Shown: in pieces, positions 51,346 through 64,000 of the stretch
Numbering within the stretch: the stretch's first letter is position 1
Layout: each line of letters opens with the position of its first letter
NCBI GenBank assembly: GCA_951406725.2
Contig: OX597824.1
Location: forward strand, 99,076,001 to 99,140,000
Direction: 5' to 3'
Source of the DNA: Octopus vulgaris
Lineage: Eukaryota
DNA length: 64,000 nucleotides
Program-made: the position numbers and the translations under genes
Notes under the pieces: generated by a model
What the model saw: the letters and a program-made list of their open reading frames with translations, nothing else
Told to the model about the DNA's origin: nothing
Databases searched by the model: none

Positions 51346-51939
51346 CAGAGAGGATAATTAATTATTGTAATTATGTGCAGCAATTTTGTAAAATTGTTTC
51401 TTAATTTTTCTAGAATTTTCTGGCATTTTCTGGGCAAAGTTTATTGAAATGAATCTCTTCGAAATGAAGAGGTTGAGGATTTGTGATTTACTCAATGACT
51501 TGATGTGTAATTGAGCCGAACTGATGTTGAATGAAGTGAAAGCAATATGCTGTGTGTGGGTGTGGGTGTGTGTGGTTTGTGTAATAGTGTTTGATATTGT
51601 TTAATAAAACATTAATATATTCAGTCACACACATACATATTTGCACTGAAACACACAGACAAACACATTGATGCTGGTGTAGGTGTGTATGCTTGTATTT
51701 GACATGTCATCGTCTTCGTCATCATCATCATCATCATTTCAGTGTCTATTTTTTCGTGCTTGCATGAGTTGCACAGTTTACTGAGGCAGGATTTCTATGG
51801 CCTAATGTCCTTCTTGTTGCCAACCTTTACTGGTTTCCAGGCAAGGTTATATCTTCCTGTGGCCAGACATGTTTTTTGCAGAATATTGGAAATGAAACAC
51901 ATTCATTTACAACAATCATGTAATGTCAAGACAAGGAGA

Positions 51940-52032
51940 CACAACCACACACATACTTACACACACAACCACATACTTACACACACAACCACATACTTAC
52001 ACACACAACCACATACTTACACACACAACCAC
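51940..52032. repeat. 20-bp minisatellite (acacacaaccacatacttac) x about 4
   Basis: Seen directly. Confidence 0.9.
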
Positions 52033-52199
52033 ACACATACATTTACTCAGTGTCAGAGTACATATTTGATAAAATGTGAATTATTAAGAGAAAAATTAAG
52101 CGTAGGTGTGTCAGGTGTGGTGTGCAAGAGAAAGAGAGGGAGGGAGGGAGGGAGGGCTCTTGTCACTCATTTGAAAGCTGTATGAGGAATTGCCTGTTG

Positions 52200-53310
52200 T
52201 TTCAAGTGGATGAAACTTATAGAAGAGAGAGACTCAGGAAGACATGAGTTTAAAGTAATAAAAGCTAATCCTAAGGTGTTGAACCTTGCAGAGGAGATGA
52301 CAAAGGACCAAGATGACTGGTGGTTCATTGTGCTTGACAAACCCTTCCATCATAGCAAAAATGAGGCCCTAAGAGCATTTTGTGTTTGCTTCTGCATGCT
52401 GGGCCCTGCTCATCCCTCTATCACACTTCTATCTGTAGCACCACTCAACAGCTGTAATCACTAGAGAGCAGAATTGACATCCATTACATCCATTCTTTGT
52501 GTATCCACTTACCCCCTTCCTCCTCTTCCCCCCTGGGACCAACTTCATTTCTTATCTTACCTACCCCCTATTTTCACCCATCAACTGCCTTTCTGTGTCT
52601 TCAGTTATCACTCCCTCTCTTGTTAGCTATCATTCTCAGCACCTTCTCACATCTGCCATCAAGCCCCTCTCACTATATCTCACTCCCCATGTCAACCCCT
52701 TACTCTCTGATCCATCCTCCTTCCTCGAGTCACGGCTCTCTCTTACCTCACCCCACTCTCCATACTTGTTTTCCTACTCCCTCACTACATTCAACCCCCT
52801 AACCCCATCTCTAATCCTTTCCTCTCACACACTTACAAAATAACCCCATCTCCTCTTCTCCTCCACTCCACTTTCTTGTACTTCAAGTGTTTCCTTTGTC
52901 ATCTCCCCAGCCATTCCCATCCTTATATCATAGTCATGTACCACATCTACAGCAAGACAGCTGCTCTTATCCTTCCATCATACTTTAGCCTTTTACTACC
53001 TGCTATAAAGTCACTTCTCCCTCTTAAATACTCACCACCACCACTTGGTCAGAGGGGAGTGGGCTTTTTCCTTCTCTTTCCCTGTGTTAGGTGTTACTTG
53101 GTGACCTCACTGGTGTCGGCTGTATGAAACAAAAAAGCATCCAGTGCACACTGTAAAGTGTTTGGTATTAAGAAGGGTACCCAACCATAGAAACTATGCC
53201 AAACCAAAGCTGATATTGGAGCTTGATACAATCCTATGGCTTGCTGGATTTTGTTAAATCATCCGATCCATGCCAACATGAAAAAGGAACGTTAAAGGAT
53301 GATGATGAAT
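52200..53310 (+). mobile_element. RTE 3' fragment with UTR and tail
   Basis: KVLNLAEEMTKDQDDWWFIVLDK, C/T-rich UTR, conserved tail. Confidence 0.75.
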
Positions 53311-53819
53311 GATTATATATAGATATATACATACATATGATGAGCTTCTTTCAGTTTCCATCAACCAAATCTACTCACAGGCTATAATAGAAGACACTTC
53401 CCCAAGGTGCCACACAGTGGGACTGAACAGTGGGGCTTTGTGCTAGAAGATGAGGGTTTGAAGGAAGAAAAAAAACTAGGACAAAACAGGTTTCTTGCTG
53501 TAAGGTGTTATATATGATTGGTCACATGTTTAGAAGAGATGGAGAGAGAGTGACCAAGGTGGAGCTGGGAAGAGGTAAAAGCGGTGCCTGACTTGACCCT
53601 CAACTTTGGGGTGAGTAGGGACAGGAAGTGAGTGTGGGTGCGTGAAGGTGGCAAGAGTGTATGGGGGAGTGAGAGATGTATGGTGGGTGGGGTGGGGGAG
53701 ATATCAAGTGAAATGGTTTTGAGCAGTGAAAAAGAATAATGGTATGAAAGAAAAGCTGCAAATAGAGAGATGATGAGTTGTAGGGGAGCCTTATGGAGGA
53801 AATTGGGTGCGGGACCCAG

Positions 53820-53978
53820 TTGCACTCACACACACTCACTCACACTCACACAGACACACACACAGACACATACACTCACACACATGCACACTCACACACG
53901 CACTCACACACACATACACTTACGCACTCACTCACACACACACACTCACACACTCACTCACACACACACACTCACACA

Positions 53979-54011
<33 letters not shown>

Positions 54012-54045
54012 ACATACACACACACACACACACTCACATACACTG
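53820..54045. repeat. Interrupted (CA)n microsatellite
   Basis: Seen directly. Confidence 0.95.
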
Positions 54046-54287
54046 TGCTTCTAGAACATACTTTTGCCAATTTGAGTGGGTTTCTGAAGAAGTGCACATC
54101 AACAATTATCTTCATTACATGTGCATACCAGCAGCTTTCTTTCTTGCATACTGTGTGTGTGTATTTATGAAAATACGTTGATGTGTATATATATATACAT
54201 ATATATATTTGTACATGTATATGCATATCTATGTAGATATATAAACATGTAATGGTTTATGCTTCTATGCATGTATGTATATATGTG

Positions 54288-54336
<49 letters not shown>

Positions 54337-54349
54337 AGTTTACGGCAGT

Positions 54350-54980
54350 AAGATCAGCAAGAGAAAGCAGTGAGGCAGCCATTGGCTGAAACAGGGGTTT
54401 TATCCTGATCAGAAGTTGAGCAGAGAATTGGAAAGCAAAATCTGAGCCATGGAAATATTAAAGTATTGGTTCCAGCATGGGAAAGAATCTCATCAAACCT
54501 TGTGTTGCATTTGGGAATTGCAGGCTGTCTATGAAACAGCAACCTGAGATGTTGGGTGTAACCGAAGCAGCAAACTGGTTTAGGTAGAATATGTCACCAC
54601 TCTATGTAACAGAACTGCTTGGGGTACTTGTGTGAAATTGTAGGCAAGTTGGAGGAGGAGGAGGAAGTAACTACCATTTCCCAAGCAATAATCAGAAGTG
54701 TTCTACAGTATGCCTGTCTATGTTGGACTTATAAGGTATACACAGCCACCTCATTACAGTTTGAAAGAAAGCTCTTATGATTATACAAGTTTGCTGGGGG
54801 AAAAAACACACACGCTTTTAATACAGGAGACAAGTTGCAACCACAGTGCACCACAAAGTGCATACTTTGGTTAGGAGCGTTTGGGACAAACTCCCAGAAA
54901 CTGTCACTGGAGTTGTCTTGGTTGAAGCAGGACAGGCTTTCAAGGCCAAGTAAACAGACATTCTTTCTCACTCTTTACAT
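54350..54980 (-). mobile_element. Decayed LINE (CR1/Jockey-group) endonuclease N-terminus
   Basis: Minus-strand peptides around APNQSMHFVVH, GGCVY and DEILSHAGTNTLIF loosely resemble APE subdomains. Confidence 0.35.
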
Positions 54981-55020
54981 TAAATATGCAGTGAATTGCC
55001 TGCTTTGGCTTTGGTAAAAG

Positions 55021-55053
<33 letters not shown>

Positions 55054-55201
55054 GATGGCTAGGTGATTCCAGGTTGAGTCCTATTGGACTATACTTTGAG
55101 TAAATATCTTCTATCAAATCCCTAGCCGGACCAAAGCTTTGTCAGCTAATTTGATGGATGGAGACTGAAAAAAAAAGTCCCTCCGTCCATCTATCTATCT
55201 A

Positions 55202-55243
<42 letters not shown>

Positions 55244-55321
55244 TAAGCAACAAGTTACTTAGCCACATACCTAAAATTTAGAAATAGCAGTCAAAAACCA
55301 CTTATTCCTATTTACTATATT

Positions 55322-55366
<45 letters not shown>

Positions 55367-56489
55367 TTAATATTCCACTGCATTGTGATAGTAATAATAA
55401 GATGTAGAACTCAGTATTTGTATGTTTCTGAATAAAGCAATAGTGGAGTACACAGAATGGAGATAAGAAACGAGATGATGAAGTAATAAAACAGTTATTT
55501 TATGAAGTTCACCAGCCTACAACTCTTTCCTCTACGGCAGGTGGTTAACTCACAGTTGAGTGACTGACTAACACCTGACAGTCTAATCACAGCCTCAGGC
55601 ATCAGGTGTAATCATCGTCATTTAGCGTCTGCTTCCCATGCTGACATGATGGGTTAGACAGTTTGACTGGAACTGGTAAGCCAGAGAGAGCTGCACCAGG
55701 TTCCAATCTGATCTGGCTTGGTTTCTATGGCTGGATGCCCCTTCCTAATGTCAACCACTCCAAGAGTGTGATGGATGCTTTATTTGTGTCACCGGCAGAA
55801 GGTGCCATTCACATGACACCGGCAGCAGCCACCACTACAATTTCACAGGTACCATTCACGTGACACTGGCCAGCAAAAATCAAAATCAAATAGATAAATA
55901 AATGGGAAAAAAAAGAATAGAGAGGAAAAGAGATGTTTTAATAAGTTCTTCATTATTTTAAAACAAAGCAGTTTATTTCAACAGAAATACTGTAAGGAAA
56001 GTTTTACAACTGGAAGTTTCATAGAACTAGGGCTGATCTTTCACAGTTTGATATCAAAATGGCTAAGTACACTCACACTTATATGTATATATATATATGG
56101 CTCTGGCCCAATGACACCAACCTGTAATAGCAGTTTTATGGGGTTGTATTGAGCTGTGCCGATATAACGTGGTAATAATAGTCCATATATGTATGTATGT
56201 GGTTTCATGTCACCTGGTCTTGACTTTACACTAATTGTAAGCAAAGGTTATCATCATACAGTGATTTTCATTTGAAATCCTCTATGAAAACCTGTTTGAT
56301 CATGAATCTGGGCGTGTTTGATGAACTTGGGGAAATATTATCTGACTTGCAAATGGTGCAGATTGGAAACAGGAAAGATTACAGGAAAGGCATTAAACTG
56401 TAAAAATAACCTGCCTCAACAAATTTTGTCTGATCCATGCCAGCACGGAAAAGTAAACATCAAAAATGATGATACATTTTGTGTGTTTC

Positions 56490-57215
56490 TGCACACTGAC
56501 ATTACGCTCCACTGGATGTATAATGACAGAGTGTAAGCATCCTGAGAGAAAAGTTGGACATAAGAAGCATCAGATGTGATGTGCAAGAGAGACGACTATG
56601 CTGGTATGGTCATGTGTTGCATATGGATGAGGACAACTGTGTGAAGAAGTGTTACACCCTAACAGTGGAGGGAACCTGTGGAAGAGGTAGACCCAGGAAG
56701 ATCTGGGATGAGATAGTGAAGCACAACCTTCAAACGTCAGGCCTCACAGAGGTAATGACAAGTGACCAAGACCTTTGGAGATGTGCTGTTCTTGAGAAGA
56801 CCCAGCAAGCCAAGTGAGATCGTAGCCGTGGCTGATGCCAGTGTCACATAACCAGCCTATTTATAAGGACCCTTTAATTGTTGGGCAATATGTCGTGCTT
56901 GAGAAGTTGTGTTGAGTCAACTGAAATCATAGTCATGGCCGATGCCAGTGACACTTGGCTGGCTCCCATGCTGGTGGCATGTAAAGAGCACCATTTGAGC
57001 ATGGTTGATGCCAGTGCTACCTGACTGGCCCCCATGCTGGTGGCACATCAAAAGCACCCACTACACTCTTGGAGTGGTTGGTGTTAGGAAGGGCATCCTG
57101 CCATAGAAACCTTGCCAGATCGGACTGGAGCCTGGTGCAGCTTCTTGGCTTGCCAGTCCTCAGTCAAACTGTCCAACACATGCCAACATGGAAAGCAGAT
57201 GTTAAATGATAATGA
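56490..57215 (+). mobile_element. Well-preserved RTE 3' end: ORF2 C-terminus, tandem-unit UTR and tail
   Basis: ORF 56554-56817 QERRLCWYGHVLHMDEDNCVKKC..LTVEGTCGRGRPRKIWDE...DLWRCAVLEKT is contiguous with the conserved tail. Confidence 0.92.
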
Positions 57216-57871
57216 TGTGATGATATATATATATATACACATATCATCATTATTATTTTGTCTGTTTTCCATGCTGACATGTGTTGGATGAGTGCTCACT
57301 ATGTGGGTCAGGTCATATTTGCTGTTATTGACCACTGAGAGGTGTCAAAAAGTCACATCTCACATGTGTATTCTATTTTGGCACAACTGGTATCCTTCCC
57401 AATGCCAACCACTTCCCAGAATAACTTGAATGCATTTTATTGTGGCACCCACACTAGAGAGTTTGTTTTTATCCTGCAAGGCAAGAAAACGTCCTCACTC
57501 CCTTCACATTGTCTCTGTTATGTTGTGGGCATTATGACCAAAAGAGAAGGTAGAAAAGAGGTGCAAGATGAGAAAGAGCGTGATGAAGGAAGCAGCAATC
57601 GGAATGTACACATACATGCATACACATGCACACACACTCACAAAGACATATAATAATAATAATAATGATTATTATTATTATTATTATCATTATTATTATT
57701 ATTATCATCATCATTATTATTATTACTACTACTACTATTGTTTCTAACATAAGCACAAGGCCTGTAATTTTGGGGCTAAGAATTATGTCGACTTCTGTAC
57801 TTAACTGGTACTTTATTCTATTGAATAATGGAAGGCAAAGTTGGCATCAGCCAATAATAACCATAATAATG

Positions 57872-57905
<34 letters not shown>

Positions 57906-58433
57906 TAATAATTGTAAATCAGTAATTTTGACTGAATTTACACCATCTGCTTTTATTGTTATTAACTCCAGTTTATGTATGGAGTATACTTCTGCCACAT
58001 GCACACACACACACACACACACATATCTACATACATATATATACATATAAATGTGCACACACACATACACTGCTTCTCTGATTCCTCCCCCTCTTTCTCT
58101 ACTTTCCAATGTACTCACAGACACTCCATAAACCATCTTATTCACATTCAGTCTGTCTGTGTGTCTCTCAAGTTTCTTCCTCTTCTACTGATTTCTCTCT
58201 AAGTCTTTGCTTCCTTCCTCCACCAGCACCACCATGCTCTACATACCTTACCTGCTCTATCTACCCTACATACCCAGTGTACTACATGTACCTCGCATAC
58301 CCCATGGATCCTATCACATTTCTAACAGATGAAGAGCAAACAAAACAAACAAAAAAAAAGAAATGATTTTTGAAGTATCTTAATGATGAAATACTAGAAA
58401 ATGTTTGGCAGAGATGCTGGGCTCTATTCTTGA

Positions 58434-58477
<44 letters not shown>

Positions 58478-59789
58478 TTATTTGGTAATGTACAATCAGT
58501 TTGTTTATTGGTTTACCCTAAAAAGACAAAAAACCCATAACATTAACCCTACTAGCATCACCTCCTCCACCACTATCCTCTTTTATTAAATGTTCTTAAT
58601 AAACTAAATCTTATAGACTATAACTAAATTCTAGAAAGGATTTCTTCAAATTCTTAATATTTTCTCTTTTATAAATTCATTTCTAACCTAAGTGATAATT
58701 CCACATGTTTGAGGGGGAAGGTGAGGATGAGTGATATTTCTGCTTAGCAATGATCCCCTGATGGGTGAAAGGTTCTTCAGAAGTCATTTATAAGATATTT
58801 TATGGAGGTTAAACAAATGACTTGAAGGAATATAAATAAAATACCAAAAGAGAATTTGTAAATTTTTACCAAAATGATGTAATTCTTAGTTTTCTATCAG
58901 AGTTCATTTTTCTCTCTTTTCATGTCATCAAATATGTACCAGTAATATACTCAGTTAACTTGACTAAACTTCTTTTCCACAAACATAAGATCTGGCTTCT
59001 CTGTGAGAAATATTTATTATTTCCTGTAATAATAGATCCAACCCACCTCACTTGATGCTTTTTTGGGTGAGAAATTTGATTTAGGTTGGGCTCTAATTGA
59101 TGTGATTCAAAAAGTTTTGACAGAATTGACCATCACAACTGGGCAGCTGTCCTCAGTGCAACCAGTTTTGGCTCAATTTTCTGAGGTTGGAGCACTTCAA
59201 TATAAATATTTTAAAAGGTGAATGAGAAGAGCAAACATTACTCAAGTGAGTGGACCTATTTAAGAACTGACCACTGGAATACTGACCTTTTGGCATCCCA
59301 GGCAATATTGAATTAGTGGGCTTTTTTGATTGGTCATTCTCTCTTTGGACTTTCCACGCTATGGAAGTGTGAGCTGTGTAAAATCCTTGCATAATTTGTA
59401 ATCCGTCTCCATAATGTTCCCCCATCCATCACTTTTGTGGCAAAAATAAAGAGACAATTATGATGAACTGTGATTGACAGAATTGGTGGAGCCCTGCACC
59501 TCATCCCTGGCAGTATTTATTTATTTTATGAGATCAAAACACACAGAGGTTGACATTGCTTTTCATTTTTATGGGGTCTAAAATAAGTACCAGTCATGCG
59601 TTGAGGTTTATTGGATGCTACTTCTTTCTGCAAATTTATAGCTTTTTCAATGTAGATAAGTTTTCTGCGCACGTAATCCACTCCCTTCTAACACTTTGGT
59701 GACAAATTATTTTGCGAAAATGTAGAAAAAATGAAATGCACAGTGAGTTACTTGTGTATCAATACATCATTCTCAGATGAAATCCTACT

Positions 59790-60505
59790 GATGTCAACCT
59801 TACCTTTCATCATTTCAGTATTGATAAAATAAATACCTGCTGCATACTAGGGTTGAGTTAGTCAAATAAACCATTCCGTATCAGACAAAATGCTTGGCAG
59901 CATTTCTTGCAGCTCTTTTTATGCTTTCAGCTCAAATCTCACCAAGGGTGACTCTGCCTTTCATGCTTTGGTGATTAATAAAATAAAAGAACCAGTCAAA
60001 CGCTGAGGTTGATAGAACTGACTTGCCCCTCCCCTCAAAATTGCTGGTGCTGTGCCAAAATTAGGAGGAATTATTATTAGAGCAGTGAATGGTCAGAGTT
60101 GTTAGTGAATCTGAAAATGATGTCATGCAAATTTTTCTTCTGGTCCCTTTATATTATGAGTCAAAATTCTGAGTTTCTTCTTTATTTTTCATAACCCTGA
60201 GGGTAATGAGAGAAAAAAAGTACCATTTAAATAAATACTTGGTTCCATGGTATCAACCCCCTCCCATCAAAATTGCTGACCATCGGCCTAAATTAGAAAC
60301 CCTCCTTCTTCTTCTTCTGGTTATTATTATAGCACCCACTACACTCTTCAAGTGGTTGGCATTACGAAGGACATTCAACTGTAGAAACGTTGCCAGATCA
60401 GATTGGAGCCTGGTGCAGCCTCCTGGCTTGCCAGTCCCCTGTCAAACTGTCCAATCCATGCCAGCATGGAAAATGGACATTAAACAATGATTATTATTAT
60501 TGTTA

Positions 60506-60545
<40 letters not shown>

Positions 60546-61212
60546 AGCAGTGAGCTGGCAGAATTGTTAGTACATCAGGCAAAATGCTTAGCAGTATTTT
60601 GCCTGTCTTTACATTCTGAGTTCAAATTCCGCTGAGGTCAACTTTGCCTTTCACCCTTTTGGGGTCGATAAATCAAGTACCAGTGAAACACTGGGGTCGA
60701 TGTAATTGACTAGTCCCCTCCACACAAATTTCAGGCCTTGTGACTTTAGTAGAAAGGATTATTATCATTATTATTATTATTAAAAAGCGGTGAGCTGACT
60801 GAACCATTAGCACACCAGACAAAATACTTAGCAGCATTTTGTCCATCTCTGTGTTCTAAGTTGAAATTCCTCCGGGGTTGAAATTGCCTTTCATCCTTTC
60901 AGGGTCAATAAAATAAGTACCAGTTATACACTAGGGTCAATATAATCACCTTATGGCCCACCCTGAAATTGCTGGCCTTGTGTCAATTATTATTATTATT
61001 AAAAGGCAATTAGCTGACAGAAATTTTAGTATGCCAGAGAAGATGCTTAGCAGCCTTTCTTGCATTCTGAGTTCAAATTCTGCTGAGGTCGAGTTTGCTT
61101 TTCATCTTCTCAGAGCTGATAAAATAAGTACAAGTTGAGCACTGGGGTCAATGTAATCTGCTAGCACTGCCATTAAAATTGCAGGCGTTGTGTTTATAGT
61201 AGGAAGAATTAT
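59790..61212 (+). mobile_element. Head-to-tail cluster of at least six Nin/Deu-like SINE copies separated by (TTA)n, with one RTE tail inside
   Basis: Copies start at about 59790, 59885, 60080, 60545, 60785 and 61000. Confidence 0.85.
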
Positions 61213-61218
61213 TAATAA

Positions 61219-61607
61219 CTAGCAGTATCGCCCGGCGTTACTTGGGTTTGTTTCGACCCTTTAGAATTGGAATTTTTGAAAAGTAAAAATTTTGCATTAT
61301 GTAGCTTGTTATTCTCTTTAAGTGAACATTTTTCTGGTTGAAATACACCGAAAAATGGTGACACAGCTGTCAGAAAATCGTAAAAATAGGGATTTTCATA
61401 GAAAAAAAGTACCTTTTTGATGTAAATAATTTTTGGTGTTAACATGGTCCAATTTGAATTTTATCTTCTACGGAAGGAAGAGCAAGCCTTCTTCTATCAT
61501 ATTCTCAATTTTGGTCAACTTGCTCCGCAGGGTCTCGGAGGAGATAGTGTTAGTTGAAGGCTATCAAACCTGCCATATACAGACAACTTCAGCTTTATAT
61601 ATATAGA
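61219..61607 (-). mobile_element. Non-autonomous Helitron
   Basis: Minus strand begins TC(tatatatataaagctg) and ends CTAG, with subterminal hairpin cccaagtaacgccggg 12 nt from the end. Inserted between A and T with no TSD. Confidence 0.88.
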
Positions 61608-63298
61608 TAATAATAATAATATTATTCCAAGAATGGGGATTGGCACCTGATGTGTTGTCAGGCACTCACATCTTTCGACAATTAACGTCCATCTTCCCAT
61701 TTTATAAGAAATTAATGGAGAATGGTGGTGGCTGAGAGGTTTGGTATTGACCTGAATGAGGAAATAATGTCTAGCATATTCCAAAATTCATTTAATTTCC
61801 AATATCAGTACATCTGAGAAAGAAGGATATTTCCAGAGCCCGGAGAATAAGACAGGAATGAAATAAGTGAAATTCAACATTTGGGACCCTGGTGGGTTTA
61901 ATGCTTCACAAGATCCCTCAGACAGAAATGAATTCTTTAAGATAAGGTTCTTTAGAATAAGGGACTGTTTATGTATTGTTCAGTGTTTGAATTAATGAAA
62001 TTTAAGGGAAAAAAATACTGTAAGAGTAACTGTAAGTAGTAGTGTGAGTAATGGGGAGGGATGGAATTGTAGGATAGTTTCTGTTAAGAGTTATTGTTAT
62101 AAAACAAGAACAAATATGGGACCACTTAAATTTCTGATTAAAGGGTTGATTCTTGGACAGGAATCTATTTTGCTGTAAAAATTATTTTAATGCCTCAACA
62201 TTTGATGTACAAATGTTTAGTCCAACTTAGAATAACTTAGGAAAAAATGGTTTGAAAATTATAGATGAAAACAATTTGAAATTTCTGAGAAATTTAAAAT
62301 CCCCATTTCTAACTTCCATAACTGTACATTAAACTGAGAGAGATTAAGTTGAGGGTTTTGTCTATCATTTATAGAAATTGATACAAGTGTATTTCTGCGT
62401 GGCTAACAGATAATCTTTGTAGCAGGTGTTTTTTTAAGTTCAAATTTCCCTCTGCACTTGAAGCTTGATTTTATTTCCTATCAGAGAAGAATTTATGGAC
62501 AAAAATTTTAATTAGAACAAATAGAACATTACATATATCTGTGTTTTAATTATAAAAAGTCGTTCTTAAAATTATTGCAACACCTCATTATCAAATGTTT
62601 TTGAAAATTTGTTCTATTTCATTTGCTGATTAGAAAAATGATTTTTAAGCAAAATTAAACTTCTAGAATTTCAATTTGAAATATTGTATATCTTTAAACT
62701 TGTGCACTCACACAGCAGAATGAAAAGAGGCAGGGGTCTTTAGAAAATCTTACAACTGACCCTAAAAACCCAAAATTTGAATAACTTGATAATTTAGACT
62801 TGGGAAATTAAGTGAAATTCAAGCAGTGTTGAAAAAGTACTTTAACAGGGTCTTAATAATTAAATTCAACATGAAATCCAAATTAATAAAGTAGTAATTA
62901 ACTTAGCCATCATGGGTTCTGTACTAGCAAAAATGAATGTATATTTTGTAAATATTTAAAAATTAATTTTCATTTGTGGGAGAGAAAATTCCATAAAATC
63001 AGTACATTTTCAAGTAGTTAGACATTCCAGAAGGGCAGTTTTAATCAACACTTAACGATGTTTTAAAGCAACATGATATTTGTGAGTGTGGCTGTGTGTG
63101 TGGGTGTAGGAAAGTGTGGCTGGGGGACAATGTATGTGGATAAATATATATAAATGAATATATATATATGTACATGTGTGTTTGTATGTATGGCTGTCTG
63201 GTTGAGAGATTCACTTCTTAGTCCTGTTGTTTTGGGGTTCAGTTCGTCCCATGGCACCTTTGGCAAGTGGAATCTCTTCTATTATATTCACAGACTGT

Positions 63299-63634
63299 GG
63301 AGGCGCAATGGCCCAGTGGTTAGGGCAATGGATTTGCTGTCGTAGGATTGTGGTTTCAATTCCAAGACCAGGTGTTGTGAATGTTTATTGAGTGAAAACA
63401 TCTAAAGCTCCACGAGGTGACGAACCCTGCTGTATTCTTTCACCACAACCTTCTCTCTTTCTTCCTGTTTCTCTTGTACCTGTATTTCAAAGGGTCGGCA
63501 TTGTCACACTTTGTGTCACGCTGAATCTCCCTGAGAACTACATTAAGGGTACACATGTCTGTGGAGTGCTCAGCCACTTGCATGTTAATTTCTCGAGCAG
63601 GCTGTTCCGTTGATTGTTTCAACTGGAACCCTCG
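63299..63634 (+). mobile_element. Third tRNA-derived SINE family, nested inside an older SINE
   Basis: ggaggcgcaa-TGGCCCAGTGG A-box and ggtttcaattcc B-box. Host SINE head at 63187-63290 resumes at about 63635 (ggaaactaaaaaaagccc). Confidence 0.8.
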
Positions 63635-64000
63635 TATGAGCAGAATTGTGAATGGAAACTAAAAAAAGCCCATCACACCACACGCGTGTGTGTGTGTGTG
63701 TATGAGTGTTATTGTCTCTTTGTCCTGACATCATTATGTGATAGTTGTAAACAAGTGTCACCACCATACAAGTGGTGTCCTTCATTTCCATTCTTCTGTG
63801 AAAAACCTGTCTGGCCATGAGGGGGGAAATATTACCTTCCTTGGAAAGGGGTGAGGTTGGGTACAGCAAGGGCATCCAGCTGTAGAAAATCCACATCAAC
63901 AAATTCCTTCCAACCCATGCAAGCAAGGGAAAGTGGACGGTAAATGGATTTCATTTACACACACACACACACACACACAAATGACACATGAGCATCCATC

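Noticed and set aside
53770-54226. His/Thr-, Tyr/Ile- and Cys/Val-rich ORFs here and throughout
   Set aside because: They are translations of dinucleotide microsatellites.
55515-55612. Possible hammerhead on the minus strand (ctgatgcctgagg...gaaagagttgtaggc)
   Set aside because: The core does not match CTGANGA and stem I cannot be placed consistently. It may be a fossil but is unsupported.

Overview
Eukaryotic, AT-rich, microsatellite-dense DNA made almost entirely of decayed transposable elements. The SINE/LINE repertoire strongly resembles octopus (coleoid cephalopod) genomes; this is inference from recognised repeat types, not a database search. I can support no intact host gene, tRNA, rRNA or CRISPR array, and most listed ORFs are microsatellite translations or transposon fragments. 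Recognisable content: a 3'-truncated L1/Tx1 LINE (5.6-9.5 kb); many RTE LINE fragments and their shared 3' tail; several R4/Dong-type LINE ends next to microsatellites; three tRNA-derived SINE families; Tc1/mariner elements with TIRs; an internally deleted hAT with TIRs and TSD; and a non-autonomous Helitron. The most interesting signal is a set of minimal type-I hammerhead ribozyme motifs (16362-16459 +, 23197-23280 -, 33361-33430 +, 32036-32100 +, plus fainter fossils). They lie in short non-coding elements beside (TA)n tracts, two with fold-back structures, pointing to Penelope-like or retrozyme-type elements. Boundaries of decayed elements are approximate.
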